64,000 bases of DNA from an uncultured Clostridia bacterium. GTDB taxonomy: Bacteria; Bacillota; Clostridia; Oscillospirales; Acutalibacteraceae. The stretch lies in assembly GCA_944412445.1 (NCBI GenBank), contig CALYBJ010000007.1, positions 3,825 to 67,824 on the forward strand, read 5' to 3'. Shown in pieces: positions 28,997 through 38,898 of the stretch. Made by a program: the position numbers and the translations under genes. The first letter of the stretch is position 1; every line of letters begins with the position of its first letter. The notes beneath the pieces are model-generated. The model was not told where the DNA came from, did not search any database, and was given only the letters and a program-made list of their open reading frames with translations.

Positions 28997-29163
28997 ATTC
29001 AGCAAAAACAGCTTATAACAGAAAAAAACAGAAAACAGGCAAAATCATTAGCATTTAAGTATAAATTGTAAACAAAGTGTTAACGGTTTTGCTTTTTTGT
29101 TGCAAAAAAGAACCATTTGTATTACAATAATGTATGGTAAAAATTAAGAAAGAAGTTGATTAA

Positions 29164-30177
29164 ATGAAGGTATTTATGATTGGCGGAACAGGCCTCTTAG
29201 GTTCAGCTGCCGCTCAGCTTTTTATTGATCAAGGTCATTCGGTAAAAACACTTGCGTTACCTCCTCTTCCCGTCGGTGCCCCTCTTGCTCCCGAAATGGA
29301 AATAATCTTTGCAAACTATCTTGAAAAAACTGATGAAGAAATTGCAGAGCTTATGGCAGGCTGTGACACATTCGTATTTGCCGCAGGCGTTGACGAGCGT
29401 GTTGAGTTCCCGGCACCTGTTTACGAGGCATACAGAAAGTACAACATTGAACCCGTAAGGCGTCTTCTTACAATCGCAAAGCAGGCAGGAATTAAGAACG
29501 CTGTAATTTTAGGTTCTTATTTCTCATACTTCGCAAAAGAGTATCCCCAGATGGAGCTTACCAAAAAGCATCCTTACATAAAGAGCCGTATCGAGCAGGA
29601 GAATGTAGCGTTAAGCTTTGCTCAGGACGGAAAGATGAATGTAGCTGTTCTTGAGCTTCCCTATATCTTCGGAACACAGCCAGGAAGAAAGCCCGTTTGG
29701 GTTATCCTTATTGAGCAGCTTGCAAAAATGAAGCCCTGCACAATGTATCCCAAGGGAGGCACTACAATGGTAACCGTTCGTCAGGTTGCCCAGGTTATCG
29801 TAGGAGCAGCCGAAAAGAATGTTGGCGGCAACTGCATTCCCGTTGGTTATTATAACCTTACATGGAACGACTTCCTTCGTATTGTTCACGCTGCTATGGA
29901 TGTACCCAAGAGAGGAATTATCAACATTCCCAAGTGGTCATTCCAGATCTTCGGACTTTATATGCGCAAGGAATATAAAGACAAGGGCGTTGAAGGCGGT
30001 ATTGATCCCGTAGGACTTGCTGATATTATGTGCATGAACACATTTATCGACAAAAAATACTGCCAGGCATACGGAGTAACAGACGACGACATTAAGTCAG
30101 CTATTTTCGATTCTGTTAAGCTTTCTGTTGACGCATTCAACGGCACACAGAAGCTTCTTGAAATGAAAGGCGAATAA
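29164..30177 (+). CDS. NAD-dependent epimerase/dehydratase-family (extended SDR) protein
   Basis: It has the N-terminal Rossmann motif MIGGTGLLGSAAA and a YxxxK-like YIKSR. The substrate is unknown. Confidence 0.65.
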   Translation: MKVFMIGGTGLLGSAAAQLFIDQGHSVKTLALPPLPVGAPLAPEMEIIFANYLEKTDEEIAELMAGCDTFVFAAGVDERVEFPAPVYEAYRKYNIEPVRRLLTIAKQAGIKNAVILGSYFSYFAKEYPQMELTKKHPYIKSRIEQENVALSFAQDGKMNVAVLELPYIFGTQPGRKPVWVILIEQLAKMKPCTMYPKGGTTMVTVRQVAQVIVGAAEKNVGGNCIPVGYYNLTWNDFLRIVHAAMDVPKRGIINIPKWSFQIFGLYMRKEYKDKGVEGGIDPVGLADIMCMNTFIDKKYCQAYGVTDDDIKSAIFDSVKLSVDAFNGTQKLLEMKGE

Positions 30178-30193
30178 TTTTGTCTTGATATAT

Positions 30194-30226
30194 GCGGCAG
30201 TCCTTCGGGACTGTTGCATTTTTTTG
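30194..30226 (+). terminator. Rho-independent terminator after the SDR gene
   Basis: The hairpin is GCGGCAGTCC-TTCG-GGACTGTTGC (two G-U pairs), followed by ATTTTTTTG. Confidence 0.75.
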
Positions 30227-30270
30227 TCTTTGATATATAGTAGTTTAATAAAGCCGTAAGGAGCAAAAAT

Positions 30271-30990
30271 ATGAGTGATTGGTTAATAAGGACAAAAGCG
30301 CTGTACGGAGCGGAAGCGGTTGAAAAATTCGCAAAGGCGAGAGTGGCGGTATTCGGAATAGGAGGAGTAGGCGGCCATACGGCAGAGGGGCTTGTAAGGA
30401 GCGGAATAGGAAGCATTGATATTATAGACGGAGACAGCGTAGCCGAATCAAATTTAAACAGACAGATAATCGCCTCAAGGGATGCAGTAGGCAAAGACAA
30501 GGTAAATGTAATGAAGGATAGGATACTGTCAATAAATCCGGAATGTCATGTAAAGGCTGTTAAGATGTTTATTCTCCCTGAAAACAGTAATGAAATTGAT
30601 TTCGGAAATTATGACTATGTAGTTGACGCAATAGATACTGTATCGGGAAAAATGGCGATAATAGAAAGCGCAAAAGAAAAGGGCGTTCCTGTAATAAGCG
30701 CCATGGGAGCGGGAAACAAGCTCGACCCTACCGCTTTTATCGTGTCTGATATATATAAAACAGAGGTATGTCCTCTGGCAAAAACAATTCGGAAGCTTTG
30801 CCGGGAAAGAGGAATAGACAGCTTAAAGGTAGTTTACTCAAAGGAGAAAGCCATAACTCCTTATTGTGACGCAGTTGCTGAGGAGGAAAACGGAAAACGC
30901 CGTATAATAGGAAGCAATGCCGTTGTTCCTGCTGTGGCAGGGCTGATAATCGCTTCCCAGGTTTTAAAGGATATAGCCGAAAAAAAATAA
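30271..30990 (+). CDS. tcdA: tRNA threonylcarbamoyladenosine dehydratase (ThiF-family, TcdA/CsdL)
   Basis: It has VAVFGIGGVGGHTAEGLVRSGIGSIDIIDGDSVAESNLNRQ and a conserved CP..K motif (EVCPLAK). An AAGGAG RBS lies upstream. Confidence 0.82.
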   Translation: MSDWLIRTKALYGAEAVEKFAKARVAVFGIGGVGGHTAEGLVRSGIGSIDIIDGDSVAESNLNRQIIASRDAVGKDKVNVMKDRILSINPECHVKAVKMFILPENSNEIDFGNYDYVVDAIDTVSGKMAIIESAKEKGVPVISAMGAGNKLDPTAFIVSDIYKTEVCPLAKTIRKLCRERGIDSLKVVYSKEKAITPYCDAVAEEENGKRRIIGSNAVVPAVAGLIIASQVLKDIAEKK

Positions 30991-31014
30991 CCGCCCGACG
31001 GACGGTTATTTTTG

Positions 31015-31446
31015 TTATTTATTAAGATTTTTTAAAATGTCAAGAGCGTCGATATATCCCTGAAGCCCTTTTCCGATAATGTGTTCAAAGCAGGCTTTAC
31101 CGGCGTAGGAAATATGTCTGAATTCTTCTCTTTCGTTTATGTCGGAAATATGGACTTCAACGGCAGGTATTGAAACGGCTTTTAACGCGTCAAGGATAGC
31201 TACGCTTGTGTGGGTATATGCGGCGGGATTAATAACTATTCCGTCGTAAACTCCCGGAGCGCTTTGGATTTTGTCTACAATATCCCCTTCATGGTTGGAC
31301 TGATAACATTCGGTATCAATACCGTTGTCGTCGGACCATTTTTTTATGCTGTTTAAAAGACCCTTGTAGCTTGTATTTCCGTAAATATCAGGCTCTCTAA
31401 TACCCAGCATATTAATGTTCGGACCGTTTATAACAAGTATTTTCAT
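31015..31446 (-). CDS. aroQ: Type II 3-dehydroquinate dehydratase
   Basis: It has ILVINGPNINMLGIREP.IYG, QSNHEG, INPAAYTHTSVAI and EVHISD. Confidence 0.93.
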   Translation of the reverse strand: MKILVINGPNINMLGIREPDIYGNTSYKGLLNSIKKWSDDNGIDTECYQSNHEGDIVDKIQSAPGVYDGIVINPAAYTHTSVAILDALKAVSIPAVEVHISDINEREEFRHISYAGKACFEHIIGKGLQGYIDALDILKNLNK

Positions 31447-32669
31447 TGCAGAATCTCCTTTATTTTATTTACGGCGTCGGGAATTCCGCCGCTGCAGTCA
31501 ATTTCAAAATCGGAAATTTTCCTGTAAAGAGGAAGTCTTTTTTTATACATTTCCGAAATGTCCCCTGAAAGGGAAAGTGGTCTGCCGTCTTTTGGAAGAA
31601 CGGAAATATCCCTGTTTAAGAAAATCACGGTGCTGTTTTGCCTTAGGGCGTCAAAGTTATCCTCTGTAACCACAACTCCTCCGCCGGTGGCAATAACAAG
31701 CCCTTTTTCTTTTCCTGTTTTTTTGATAACCTCTTTTTCGATTTCCCTGAAGCCCTTTTCTCCCTGCTCTTTAAAAATATCGGGAATTGATTTTCCCGTT
31801 TCGGAAACAATTATATCGTCAGTGTCGGCAAATTCTTTTCCGAACTCTTCCGCAAGGATTTTTCCTATGGTTGTTTTTCCGCAGCCCGGCATACCCACAA
31901 GAGCAATATTTGTTAAATCAAAGGAAAGCTTTTTTACAATGTAATCAATTATTTTATCGTCAAAAGCCTTTCCGAAAAAATATTCCGCGGCTTTTTTGCC
32001 CTGCGCCGCAAGCATATACAACCCGCTTATGCAGTTAATATTTCTTTTCTGAGCCTCAAGAATCAGCTTTGTGGCTTTTGGATTGTAAATAACATCGGCA
32101 ACTCCCGAAAGCTTGTAAAAGCCGTCCGGAGAAAGAGGAGCAACAAGATTGTTGGGATACATACCCACAGGAGTTGTATTTATAATAACATCGGCGTCGA
32201 AGTGACGGCTTATGTTTTCGTAATTGTTTTCGCCTGATCTGGAAACAATAATTATTTCCTTTGCTTTTTTATCCTCTGCAACGGCTTTTGCGGTAAGGGA
32301 AGCGCCTCCTGAGCCTAAAATCAAAACCTTTTTGTCTTTAATTTCAATGCCGCCCTTTGTAAGCATATAATCGAAGCCGTAGTAGTCGGTGTTATAGCCT
32401 GTTAAAGTACCGTCAGCTTCCTTTACTATGGTGTTTACACAGCCTATTTTTGCAGCCTTTTCATCTATTCTGTCAAGAAAGGGCATAACGGTTTTTTTGT
32501 ATGGAATGGTAACGTTGATGCCGTTAAAATCTCTTTTTTTAAGGAATTGCTCAACATCTTCCTCTTCCGTTTCGTAAAGCCGGTAGGTGTAATCCCCTAA
32601 AAGTGAATGAATCTGAGGAGAATAGCTGTGACCAAGCTTTTTTCCTATAAGTCCGTATTTTCCGGTCAT
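31443..32669 (-). CDS. Bifunctional shikimate dehydrogenase / shikimate kinase (AroE-AroK fusion)
   Basis: The N-terminal part is AroE-like (GLIGKKLGHSYSPQIH, NVTIPYK, GSGGAS). The C-terminal ~165 aa are AroK-like (Walker A GMPGCGKTT, DTDD, GGGVV). Confidence 0.88.
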   Translation of the reverse strand: MTGKYGLIGKKLGHSYSPQIHSLLGDYTYRLYETEEEDVEQFLKKRDFNGINVTIPYKKTVMPFLDRIDEKAAKIGCVNTIVKEADGTLTGYNTDYYGFDYMLTKGGIEIKDKKVLILGSGGASLTAKAVAEDKKAKEIIIVSRSGENNYENISRHFDADVIINTTPVGMYPNNLVAPLSPDGFYKLSGVADVIYNPKATKLILEAQKRNINCISGLYMLAAQGKKAAEYFFGKAFDDKIIDYIVKKLSFDLTNIALVGMPGCGKTTIGKILAEEFGKEFADTDDIIVSETGKSIPDIFKEQGEKGFREIEKEVIKKTGKEKGLVIATGGGVVVTEDNFDALRQNSTVIFLNRDISVLPKDGRPLSLSGDISEMYKKRLPLYRKISDFEIDCSGGIPDAVNKIKEILQ

Positions 32670-32672
32670 ATT

Positions 32673-33815
32673 TTAAAGCACCTCTGAATAGCTTCCGAAG
32701 TATGTAAAGTTACAGTTTTCCGCGTACAGCTCGTCAAAAAGGCTGTAAAGGTCGGGAGAATAAACGGAAGCCTCTATATCGAAATAAAACATGAATTCAA
32801 AATCCTTTTCCGGCAGGGGACGGCTTTCAAGCTTTAAAAGGTTAATGCCGTGAGCGTTAAATTTTGAAAGAAGAGAATAAAGAGCGCCGGGCTTGTGATG
32901 GGTAGTCATCATAATGCTTGAACGGTCGGCTCCGGGGAAAATCTGCAAATCCTTTGAAATGCAGATAAATCTCGTATAGTTGTTTTTAACATTCTGAACG
33001 GCCCCTGCAAGCTCGGAAAGAGAGTAAAGCTCGCCGCAGTCGGAAGAAGCGATTGCGGCAACGTCGTTTCTTTCGCTTTCTGAAACAAACTTTGCGGCGG
33101 CGGCGGTATTTTTAACAACGGTAATTTTAATATCACCCAATGACCTTAAAAAGTCGCTGCACTGATTAAGCGCCTGTTCATGGGAAAAGATTTCTTTAAC
33201 ATCCGAAAGCTTTGTTGACCTTTTTGCCAGAAGAGAATGATCTATTCTGAGTCTTATGCTTCTTGTAATGTAAAAATTGTGTTTTTTCATAAGGTCGTAA
33301 ACCTTGTTTACAGAGCCTGCGGTGCTGTTTTCAATGGGAAGAATACCGTAGTCGCAGACGCCTTTTGAAACAGCGTTGAAAACATCTTCCCAGTTTTCGT
33401 AATAGGAGATAACCGGATAGCGGAAAATCCTGTCGCAGGCGTGCTGAGAATAAGCGCCTTCAACACCCTGACAGGCAACCTTTACCGTCTCGGGAAAAAG
33501 CTTCGGATTTGTTTCCACAACATCTCTTATCTGCTGGGTAAGAGGTGATTTTCCGTTGATTATTCTGTGCTGATAGGACCTTGACATATTAAAAATATCG
33601 GAATAAAGGATTCTCGTATAATTTTCAATATCGGGGTCGGAAGCGGCGGCGACTTTTTCAAGAATATCTCTTTCTCTCGTCTTGTCAAGGACGGGCATAT
33701 TGTTTTCCGCCTTATATTTTGCCACCTCAAGGGAAACCTTCATTCTCCTGTTGAAAAGAGATGTTAAATCTTTATCAATATCGTTAATCTGCTGTCTTAA
33801 ATCATTTATATCCAT
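32673..33815 (-). CDS. pheA: Bifunctional chorismate mutase / prephenate dehydratase (P-protein)
   Basis: The N-terminal part is CM type 2 (LRQQINDIDKDLTSLFNRRMKVSLEVAKYK). It is followed by a PDT domain (GILPIENSTAGSV, TRF) and an ACT domain. Confidence 0.88.
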   Translation of the reverse strand: MDINDLRQQINDIDKDLTSLFNRRMKVSLEVAKYKAENNMPVLDKTRERDILEKVAAASDPDIENYTRILYSDIFNMSRSYQHRIINGKSPLTQQIRDVVETNPKLFPETVKVACQGVEGAYSQHACDRIFRYPVISYYENWEDVFNAVSKGVCDYGILPIENSTAGSVNKVYDLMKKHNFYITRSIRLRIDHSLLAKRSTKLSDVKEIFSHEQALNQCSDFLRSLGDIKITVVKNTAAAAKFVSESERNDVAAIASSDCGELYSLSELAGAVQNVKNNYTRFICISKDLQIFPGADRSSIMMTTHHKPGALYSLLSKFNAHGINLLKLESRPLPEKDFEFMFYFDIEASVYSPDLYSLFDELYAENCNFTYFGSYSEVL

Positions 33816-34891
33816 TATCTGTAATCCTCCGAAATAATGTCAAGAATAGAAATTGCGGTAACTGCTTCAATAGCGGGAACGGCTCTTACCGCCACACAGG
33901 GGTCGTGTCTGCCGTGAATAATAAGCTCCTGATTGCATTTTTCCGAAATGCTTACGCTTTTCTGCTTTTGGCCGATTGAAGGGGTGGGCTTCATCGCTAC
34001 ACGGAAAACAATTGGCATACCTGTTGTAATGCCTCCCGTAATACCGCCTGAATTATTTGTTTCGGTAATAATTTTTCCGTCTCTGACTGTATACGGGTCG
34101 TTGTTTTCACTTCCGAAAAGAGAAGCGCATTTAAAGCCGTTGCCGAACTCTATGCCCTTAACGGCAGGAACTCCGAAAATATTTTTAGCTATTATATTTT
34201 CAACGCCGTCGAACATGGGAGAACCGAAGCCTGCCTCAATTCCCGTAACGGCACATTCGATTATTCCTCCCACGGAATCGGCGGAGCGTTTTGCCTTTAA
34301 AATTTCTTCCTGCATTTTTTCGCCGGCTTCATCGTCAATAACGGGAAAAGCCTTTTCGCCGATATTTACATCCGTAATATTAACCGGGTCAAAGGGGGTA
34401 TCAAAAACGCCGTGGACAGAGTATAAATGAGCTTTAACCTCAATGTTCATGCTTTTTAAAATCTGAATGCACACTCCGCCGGCAAAGCACAGGGGAGCTG
34501 TAAGTCTTCCGGAAAAATGACCGCCGCCGGCAATATCGTTAAAGCCTTTGTATCTGACTGAAGCCGCATAATCGGCATGAGAAGGTCTGGGGCAGTCTTT
34601 CAAGTTGCTGTAATCCTTTGAACGGGTATTTGTATTGCGTATAACGGCGCAGAGAGGCGCTCCGCAGGTTTTATTGTCGGCAATACCGGAAATTATTTCC
34701 GGTATATCGGCTTCCGTTCTTGTTGTGGTGAGCTTGCTTTGTCCGGGAGCTCTTCTTGCCATAAAGGAAAGAAGAGAGTCCGTGTCTATTTCAAAACCTG
34801 CCGGCAAACCGTCTATAACAATTCCTATCCCTTGGGAATGAGACTGACCGAAAACTGAAATTTTGATATTTTTACCTGTCATTGATGACAT
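33815..34891 (-). CDS. aroC: Chorismate synthase
   Basis: It has FGQSHSQGIG, RPSHADY and GRHDPCV. A GGAGG RBS lies 8 nt upstream. It overlaps pheA by TAATG. Confidence 0.92.
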   Translation of the reverse strand: MSSMTGKNIKISVFGQSHSQGIGIVIDGLPAGFEIDTDSLLSFMARRAPGQSKLTTTRTEADIPEIISGIADNKTCGAPLCAVIRNTNTRSKDYSNLKDCPRPSHADYAASVRYKGFNDIAGGGHFSGRLTAPLCFAGGVCIQILKSMNIEVKAHLYSVHGVFDTPFDPVNITDVNIGEKAFPVIDDEAGEKMQEEILKAKRSADSVGGIIECAVTGIEAGFGSPMFDGVENIIAKNIFGVPAVKGIEFGNGFKCASLFGSENNDPYTVRDGKIITETNNSGGITGGITTGMPIVFRVAMKPTPSIGQKQKSVSISEKCNQELIIHGRHDPCVAVRAVPAIEAVTAISILDIISEDYR

Positions 34892-36134
34892 TGCAAACGC
34901 CTCCGAGATTAGTTATCTCCCTCCAGAATGAGGGATATGTTTTGTTAATTGCCTGAGCGTCGGTAATTGTAACCTTTGAGCCGAAGGACAGAAGAGACGC
35001 AGCCATAACAAGTCTGTGATCGTTAAAGGAAGGCACGGTAAACTCGCTTTTAATTTTTTTACCGCCTTTGATAATAAGTCCGTCGGACAGCTCGGTAACA
35101 TCTCCTCCTGCTGTTTTTATAAGCTCGGCAACAGTTTTAAGCCTGTCGCTTTCTTTAAGTCTCAGTCTTGCGGCGTTTTTGATTACGGTCTGTCCCTCGG
35201 CAAAAACGCTGAGAGCCGATATTACGGGAACAAGGTCGGGAATATTAGAAGCGTCAATTTCAATTCCTTTTAAGGAGCCTGCTTTAACTGTTACTGAATC
35301 ATTATTAACGGAAACATCGGCGCCCATATGCTTCACGATTTCAGCAATTTCTTTGTCGCCCTGAACGGAATTGATATTAAGACCGTTTACGGTTATGTGG
35401 GATAAAGCGCCGGCGGCGATGAAAAACGCTCCGTTAGACCAGTCGCCGTCAACCTTTATAACTTCGGGAGATATATATTTCTGACCGCCTTTTACAAAAT
35501 AGCGGCAGCCGTCCTCAGTTACGGTTATTCCGAATTTTTTTAACACCGAAATTGTCATGTCGATATAAGGCTTTGACTCAACAGGCGGGATAAGATTGAT
35601 TACGCTGTCTCCCGTAAGAAGGGGCAGTGCGAAAAGAAGTCCCGTTGTATACTGGGAGCTGATATTTCCCGGCAAAGTATATTCGCCGCTTTTCAGCTTT
35701 CCAGAAATTTTAACTGGAAATTCGTTTTCCTTTGAAACGGTTATTCCGTGACGGGAAACGGCCTCTAAAATAGGCTGCTGAGGCCTTTGGGGAAGTCTGC
35801 CTCTGCCGGTAAAAACGGCGTCGATTCCCAGAGCCGCGGCAACGGGAATTAAGAATCTTATAAGGGAGCCGCTTTCACAGCAGTCGAAAACAGCCGATTC
35901 CGGGATATTTTTTAAAGGTGAAACCAAAAGGTTCAAGCCGTCATGCTCAACAGAGCCTCCTGCACGGGCAATGCAGCCTTCTGTGGCTTCAATGTCCTCC
36001 GAGGTGGAGTTTAAAAGCATTTTGCAGGGCTTGTCCGAAAGCGCGGCGGCAATAAGAATTCTGTGAGCATAGGATTTTGATGCTATGGCGTCAACATCGC
36101 CTTTTATGTTTTTTGCGGAAACAGTAATGTCCAT
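34872..36134 (-). CDS. aroA: 3-phosphoshikimate 1-carboxyvinyltransferase (EPSP synthase)
   Basis: It has SKSYAHR and LKESDRL. Length and domain order fit AroA. I prefer ATG 36134 (MDITVSAK...), which follows the aroB stop, over the ORF-track start at 36197, which lies inside aroB. Confidence 0.9.
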   Translation of the reverse strand: MDITVSAKNIKGDVDAIASKSYAHRILIAAALSDKPCKMLLNSTSEDIEATEGCIARAGGSVEHDGLNLLVSPLKNIPESAVFDCCESGSLIRFLIPVAAALGIDAVFTGRGRLPQRPQQPILEAVSRHGITVSKENEFPVKISGKLKSGEYTLPGNISSQYTTGLLFALPLLTGDSVINLIPPVESKPYIDMTISVLKKFGITVTEDGCRYFVKGGQKYISPEVIKVDGDWSNGAFFIAAGALSHITVNGLNINSVQGDKEIAEIVKHMGADVSVNNDSVTVKAGSLKGIEIDASNIPDLVPVISALSVFAEGQTVIKNAARLRLKESDRLKTVAELIKTAGGDVTELSDGLIIKGGKKIKSEFTVPSFNDHRLVMAASLLSFGSKVTITDAQAINKTYPSFWREITNLGGVCNVINDR

Positions 36135-36138
36135 GAAA

Positions 36139-37197
36139 TTAAAGTCCTTTTTCAATAAAATCAAGAAGTGATGTGAGCGGTATTTTTTTAATAACACATT
36201 TGCCCATTTCCTCCGGGATAATAAGCTTTATGGTATCTCCGGAGCGTTTTTTGTCGGAGCAGGAAACGTCGAAAAGCTCTCTGCTTCCGAAGGGACAGGA
36301 AACAGGCAGGCTGTTTTTAATGAGAACGTCTTTAATCTCTTCCGAAAAATCAGCCTTGCATAAGCCTGAATTGAAAGCTCCCTTTGAAGCTATTATCATA
36401 CCGATTGCTACGGCGCTGCCGTGAGATATTTCAAAATCGCTGTTAATTTCAATTGCGTGGCCCACAGTGTGTCCGAAATTCAATATCGCCCTTATTCCGG
36501 TTTCCTTTTCATCGGAGTCAACGATATCTCTTTTAAGCTCAACGCAGCGTGAAATAACATATTCTATATTGTCTTTTATTGAATTGTTTTTTAAGAAGTC
36601 AAAAAATTCCTTATCCATTATAACGCCGTATTTGATGACTTCTGCGCATCCGTCTGCGAAGATTTCACCGGGAAGAGTGTTCAGGGTGTCATAGTCGCAG
36701 ATAACAAGATCCGGCTGATAAAAGGCGCCCGCAAGATTTTTGCCTGTCGGCAGATTAACTGCGGTTTTGCCTCCTACCGAGGAATCTACGGCAGACAGCA
36801 GAGTTGTAGGAATCTGAATAAATTTAATGCCTCTTAAATAGGTCGCGGCGGCGAAGCCGCCCATGTCTCCGGGAATACCGCCTCCCAGTGAGACAAGAAT
36901 ATCCGTTCTTGTCAAATGGTTCCGGGCAAGGAAATTAATAATATCAGAATAGGTTTCAAGGCTTTTGGATTCCTCACCGTGAGGAAAAACATATTTAACG
37001 GTTTTAAAACCTGCGTCGTTAAGAGATTTTATAACCGTATCTCCGTAAATTCCGTCTACAATATCGTCGGTTATGACTGCGGCAAAGGAAGACGAACCTT
37101 TTATTTCATTTTTTATCATCTCACCGCAGTTTTTTAAAAGACCGCTTCCGATATAAATATTATAATCCTTTGAAGCGTTAACGGTAACCCTGTTCAT
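36139..37197 (-). CDS. aroB: 3-dehydroquinate synthase
   Basis: It has LGGGIPGDMGGFAAATYLRGI.FIQIPTTLL and VDSSVGGKT, plus the metal ligands in HTVGHAIE. A GGTGA RBS lies upstream. Confidence 0.93.
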   Translation of the reverse strand: MNRVTVNASKDYNIYIGSGLLKNCGEMIKNEIKGSSSFAAVITDDIVDGIYGDTVIKSLNDAGFKTVKYVFPHGEESKSLETYSDIINFLARNHLTRTDILVSLGGGIPGDMGGFAAATYLRGIKFIQIPTTLLSAVDSSVGGKTAVNLPTGKNLAGAFYQPDLVICDYDTLNTLPGEIFADGCAEVIKYGVIMDKEFFDFLKNNSIKDNIEYVISRCVELKRDIVDSDEKETGIRAILNFGHTVGHAIEINSDFEISHGSAVAIGMIIASKGAFNSGLCKADFSEEIKDVLIKNSLPVSCPFGSRELFDVSCSDKKRSGDTIKLIIPEEMGKCVIKKIPLTSLLDFIEKGL

Positions 37198-37208
37198 AAA
37201 AATTCACC

Positions 37209-38057
37209 TTAGTTTCTGTAATTATCGCCGTCTATGGCTTCCTTGCGCTCTCTGCCTTCTTTTAAAAGGGAGCGAATTAAATCGGCGTCGCCGGCTTTTA
37301 GTGCATTACTATATTTTACAAGATTTGATATGAATTCGTCAAGCTCCCCAAGCAAATAATCTTGATTTTCTAAAAATAATTCCGTCCACATACCCTCGTT
37401 AAGCTTTGCGACTCTTGTTAAATCCCTGTAACTGCCGGCAGAGAAGCCGTTATGGAGCATAGCCGTTGAATTTTTCACAAAGGCGTTGGAGGCGATATGG
37501 CAGAGCTGAGATGTGAAGGCAATAATCCTGTCGTGCTCCTGAGGGGTGGACATCTGGATATTTGTAAAGCCGATATCGCCGAAAAGCCCTTTGAGCATAT
37601 ATATTTTGTCAAGCGCCGTGTTTTCGGGAGGGCAAAGAACAAGAGAAGCGTTTTTAAACATATTTTCATTGGAAAAAGCAAAGCCGGACATATGAAGACC
37701 TGCCATGGGATGAGCGCCGATAAAGGTAAAGCCGTAATCCTTTGCCAAAGGCTCCAGAACATCGCATACCACCCTTTTGACGCCGCAGCAGTCCATAACA
37801 ACAGCGTCTTTGTTAATCAGACCGGCGTTGTCCTTAACGAAATCAATCGCCGCCTGAGGATAAAGAGCGATAATAATTAAGTGACACTGGGAAATATTAT
37901 CCTTGTTCAGCTTTCTGTCGATAATATTTCTTGAAACCGCTTCCGATACCACATCGGAGTTAATGTCGAAGCCGAAAATTTTGTTGGGAGTAAAGGTTTT
38001 AAGCGCCTTAGCCATAGAGCCTCCGATAAGACCCATTCCCACAATTCCTATATTCAT
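37209..38057 (-). CDS. tyrA: Prephenate dehydrogenase
   Basis: It has MNIGIVGMGLIGGS and GAHPMAG. A GGTGA RBS precedes ATG 38057. The ORF-track start at 38105 lies inside the predicted -35 box. Confidence 0.88.
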   Translation of the reverse strand: MNIGIVGMGLIGGSMAKALKTFTPNKIFGFDINSDVVSEAVSRNIIDRKLNKDNISQCHLIIIALYPQAAIDFVKDNAGLINKDAVVMDCCGVKRVVCDVLEPLAKDYGFTFIGAHPMAGLHMSGFAFSNENMFKNASLVLCPPENTALDKIYMLKGLFGDIGFTNIQMSTPQEHDRIIAFTSQLCHIASNAFVKNSTAMLHNGFSAGSYRDLTRVAKLNEGMWTELFLENQDYLLGELDEFISNLVKYSNALKAGDADLIRSLLKEGRERKEAIDGDNYRN

Positions 38058-38081
38058 AAAAATCACCTTTTCTTTTATAAA

Positions 38082-38110
38082 AGAATAACACTTTTTCTTC
38101 ATCATGTCAA
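38082..38110 (-). promoter_or_regulatory. Sigma-A-type promoter of the aromatic amino acid operon
   Basis: On the minus strand it reads TTGACA (38110-38105), a 17-nt spacer and TATTCT (38087-38082). The leader to the tyrA ATG is only about 18 nt. Confidence 0.5.
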
Positions 38111-38198
38111 TACTTTAAAGCGGTGAAGAAAAAATATTTAAGAAAAAGACCGTTGTAATAAAAAAATGTATATGATAAAATAAAAAGCGGTGATAAAA

Positions 38199-38828
38199 AT
38201 GAGTGAAAAAGGTAAAAACAATCCGGTATACATTCAGTTTAAGGAAGAGAAAACAGAAACGGGAGACAGCAAGTTTTTCGGAGCGCCTGACCTGCCGGAG
38301 GATTTTGAGTGGCCTGTTGACGAAGAGGAATACGATTTGGAGTTTATATGCCAGATAAACTGCGCCGAAGCTTTTAAACACAATAATATGATGCCCGAAA
38401 AGGGAATGTTATACTTTTTCGGATGTATAGCCAATCCTCTGGGATATAAGGATGCGCCGGAGATAAAGGCAGGTTTTCAAAGCGAAAGGAATTTCAGCGT
38501 AATCTATGATGACGCTGATATAAACGACCTGCAAAGCGGGGAAATCGTTGACGAAAACGGAGAGCAGGCAGGCTTTAAGGAGCTGAAAATCACATTTTCG
38601 GATGATGAAAATGTGTGCACCGAGGCTTTTCACAAGCTTTTGGGAGAATTTCCGGAGGGTGTTCCGGAAGTTTTGGATGAATATAAGCTGCTGTTTTGTC
38701 TTGATTCCTTTTCGGGAGATGATTTTACCCTTGAATTTGAAAACAGCGGATATTTGCTTTTTCTTATAAAAGATGAGGATTTAAAAAACAAGGATTTTTC
38801 AAAAGTCAGATGTTTTCTTGCGGAATAG
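38199..38828 (+). CDS. YwqG-family (DUF1963) protein
   Basis: It has SKFFGAPDLPEDFEWP and the pattern L.F..QIN. The GGTGA RBS fits ATG 38199 better than the ORF-track GTG 38190. Confidence 0.6.
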   Translation: MSEKGKNNPVYIQFKEEKTETGDSKFFGAPDLPEDFEWPVDEEEYDLEFICQINCAEAFKHNNMMPEKGMLYFFGCIANPLGYKDAPEIKAGFQSERNFSVIYDDADINDLQSGEIVDENGEQAGFKELKITFSDDENVCTEAFHKLLGEFPEGVPEVLDEYKLLFCLDSFSGDDFTLEFENSGYLLFLIKDEDLKNKDFSKVRCFLAE

Positions 38829-38868
38829 GATTTTTAAAGTCAGTTTCATTTAAGTAAAATTTTTAAAA

Positions 38869-38888
38869 AAGACATAATAAGACATAAT
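38869..38888. repeat. Perfect tandem direct repeat, 2 x AAGACATAAT
   Basis: I read it directly. Both copies are identical 10-mers, one helical turn apart, about 70 nt upstream of spoIIAA. Confidence 0.9.
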
Positions 38889-38898
38889 TTTTTTTACT

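Noticed and set aside
38058-38198. I looked for a T-box, attenuator or riboswitch ahead of the aromatic amino acid operon.
   Set aside because: The predicted promoter leaves only about an 18-nt leader. The whole divergent spacer is about 140 bp and contains no specifier-loop/T-box motif or terminator/antiterminator pair.
38199-38828. The YwqG/DUF1963 gene as a marker of a polymorphic-toxin (LXG) immunity locus.
   Set aside because: No LXG/WXG100, toxin or ESX genes flank it. It sits alone between the aromatic operon and spoIIA, with its own terminator.
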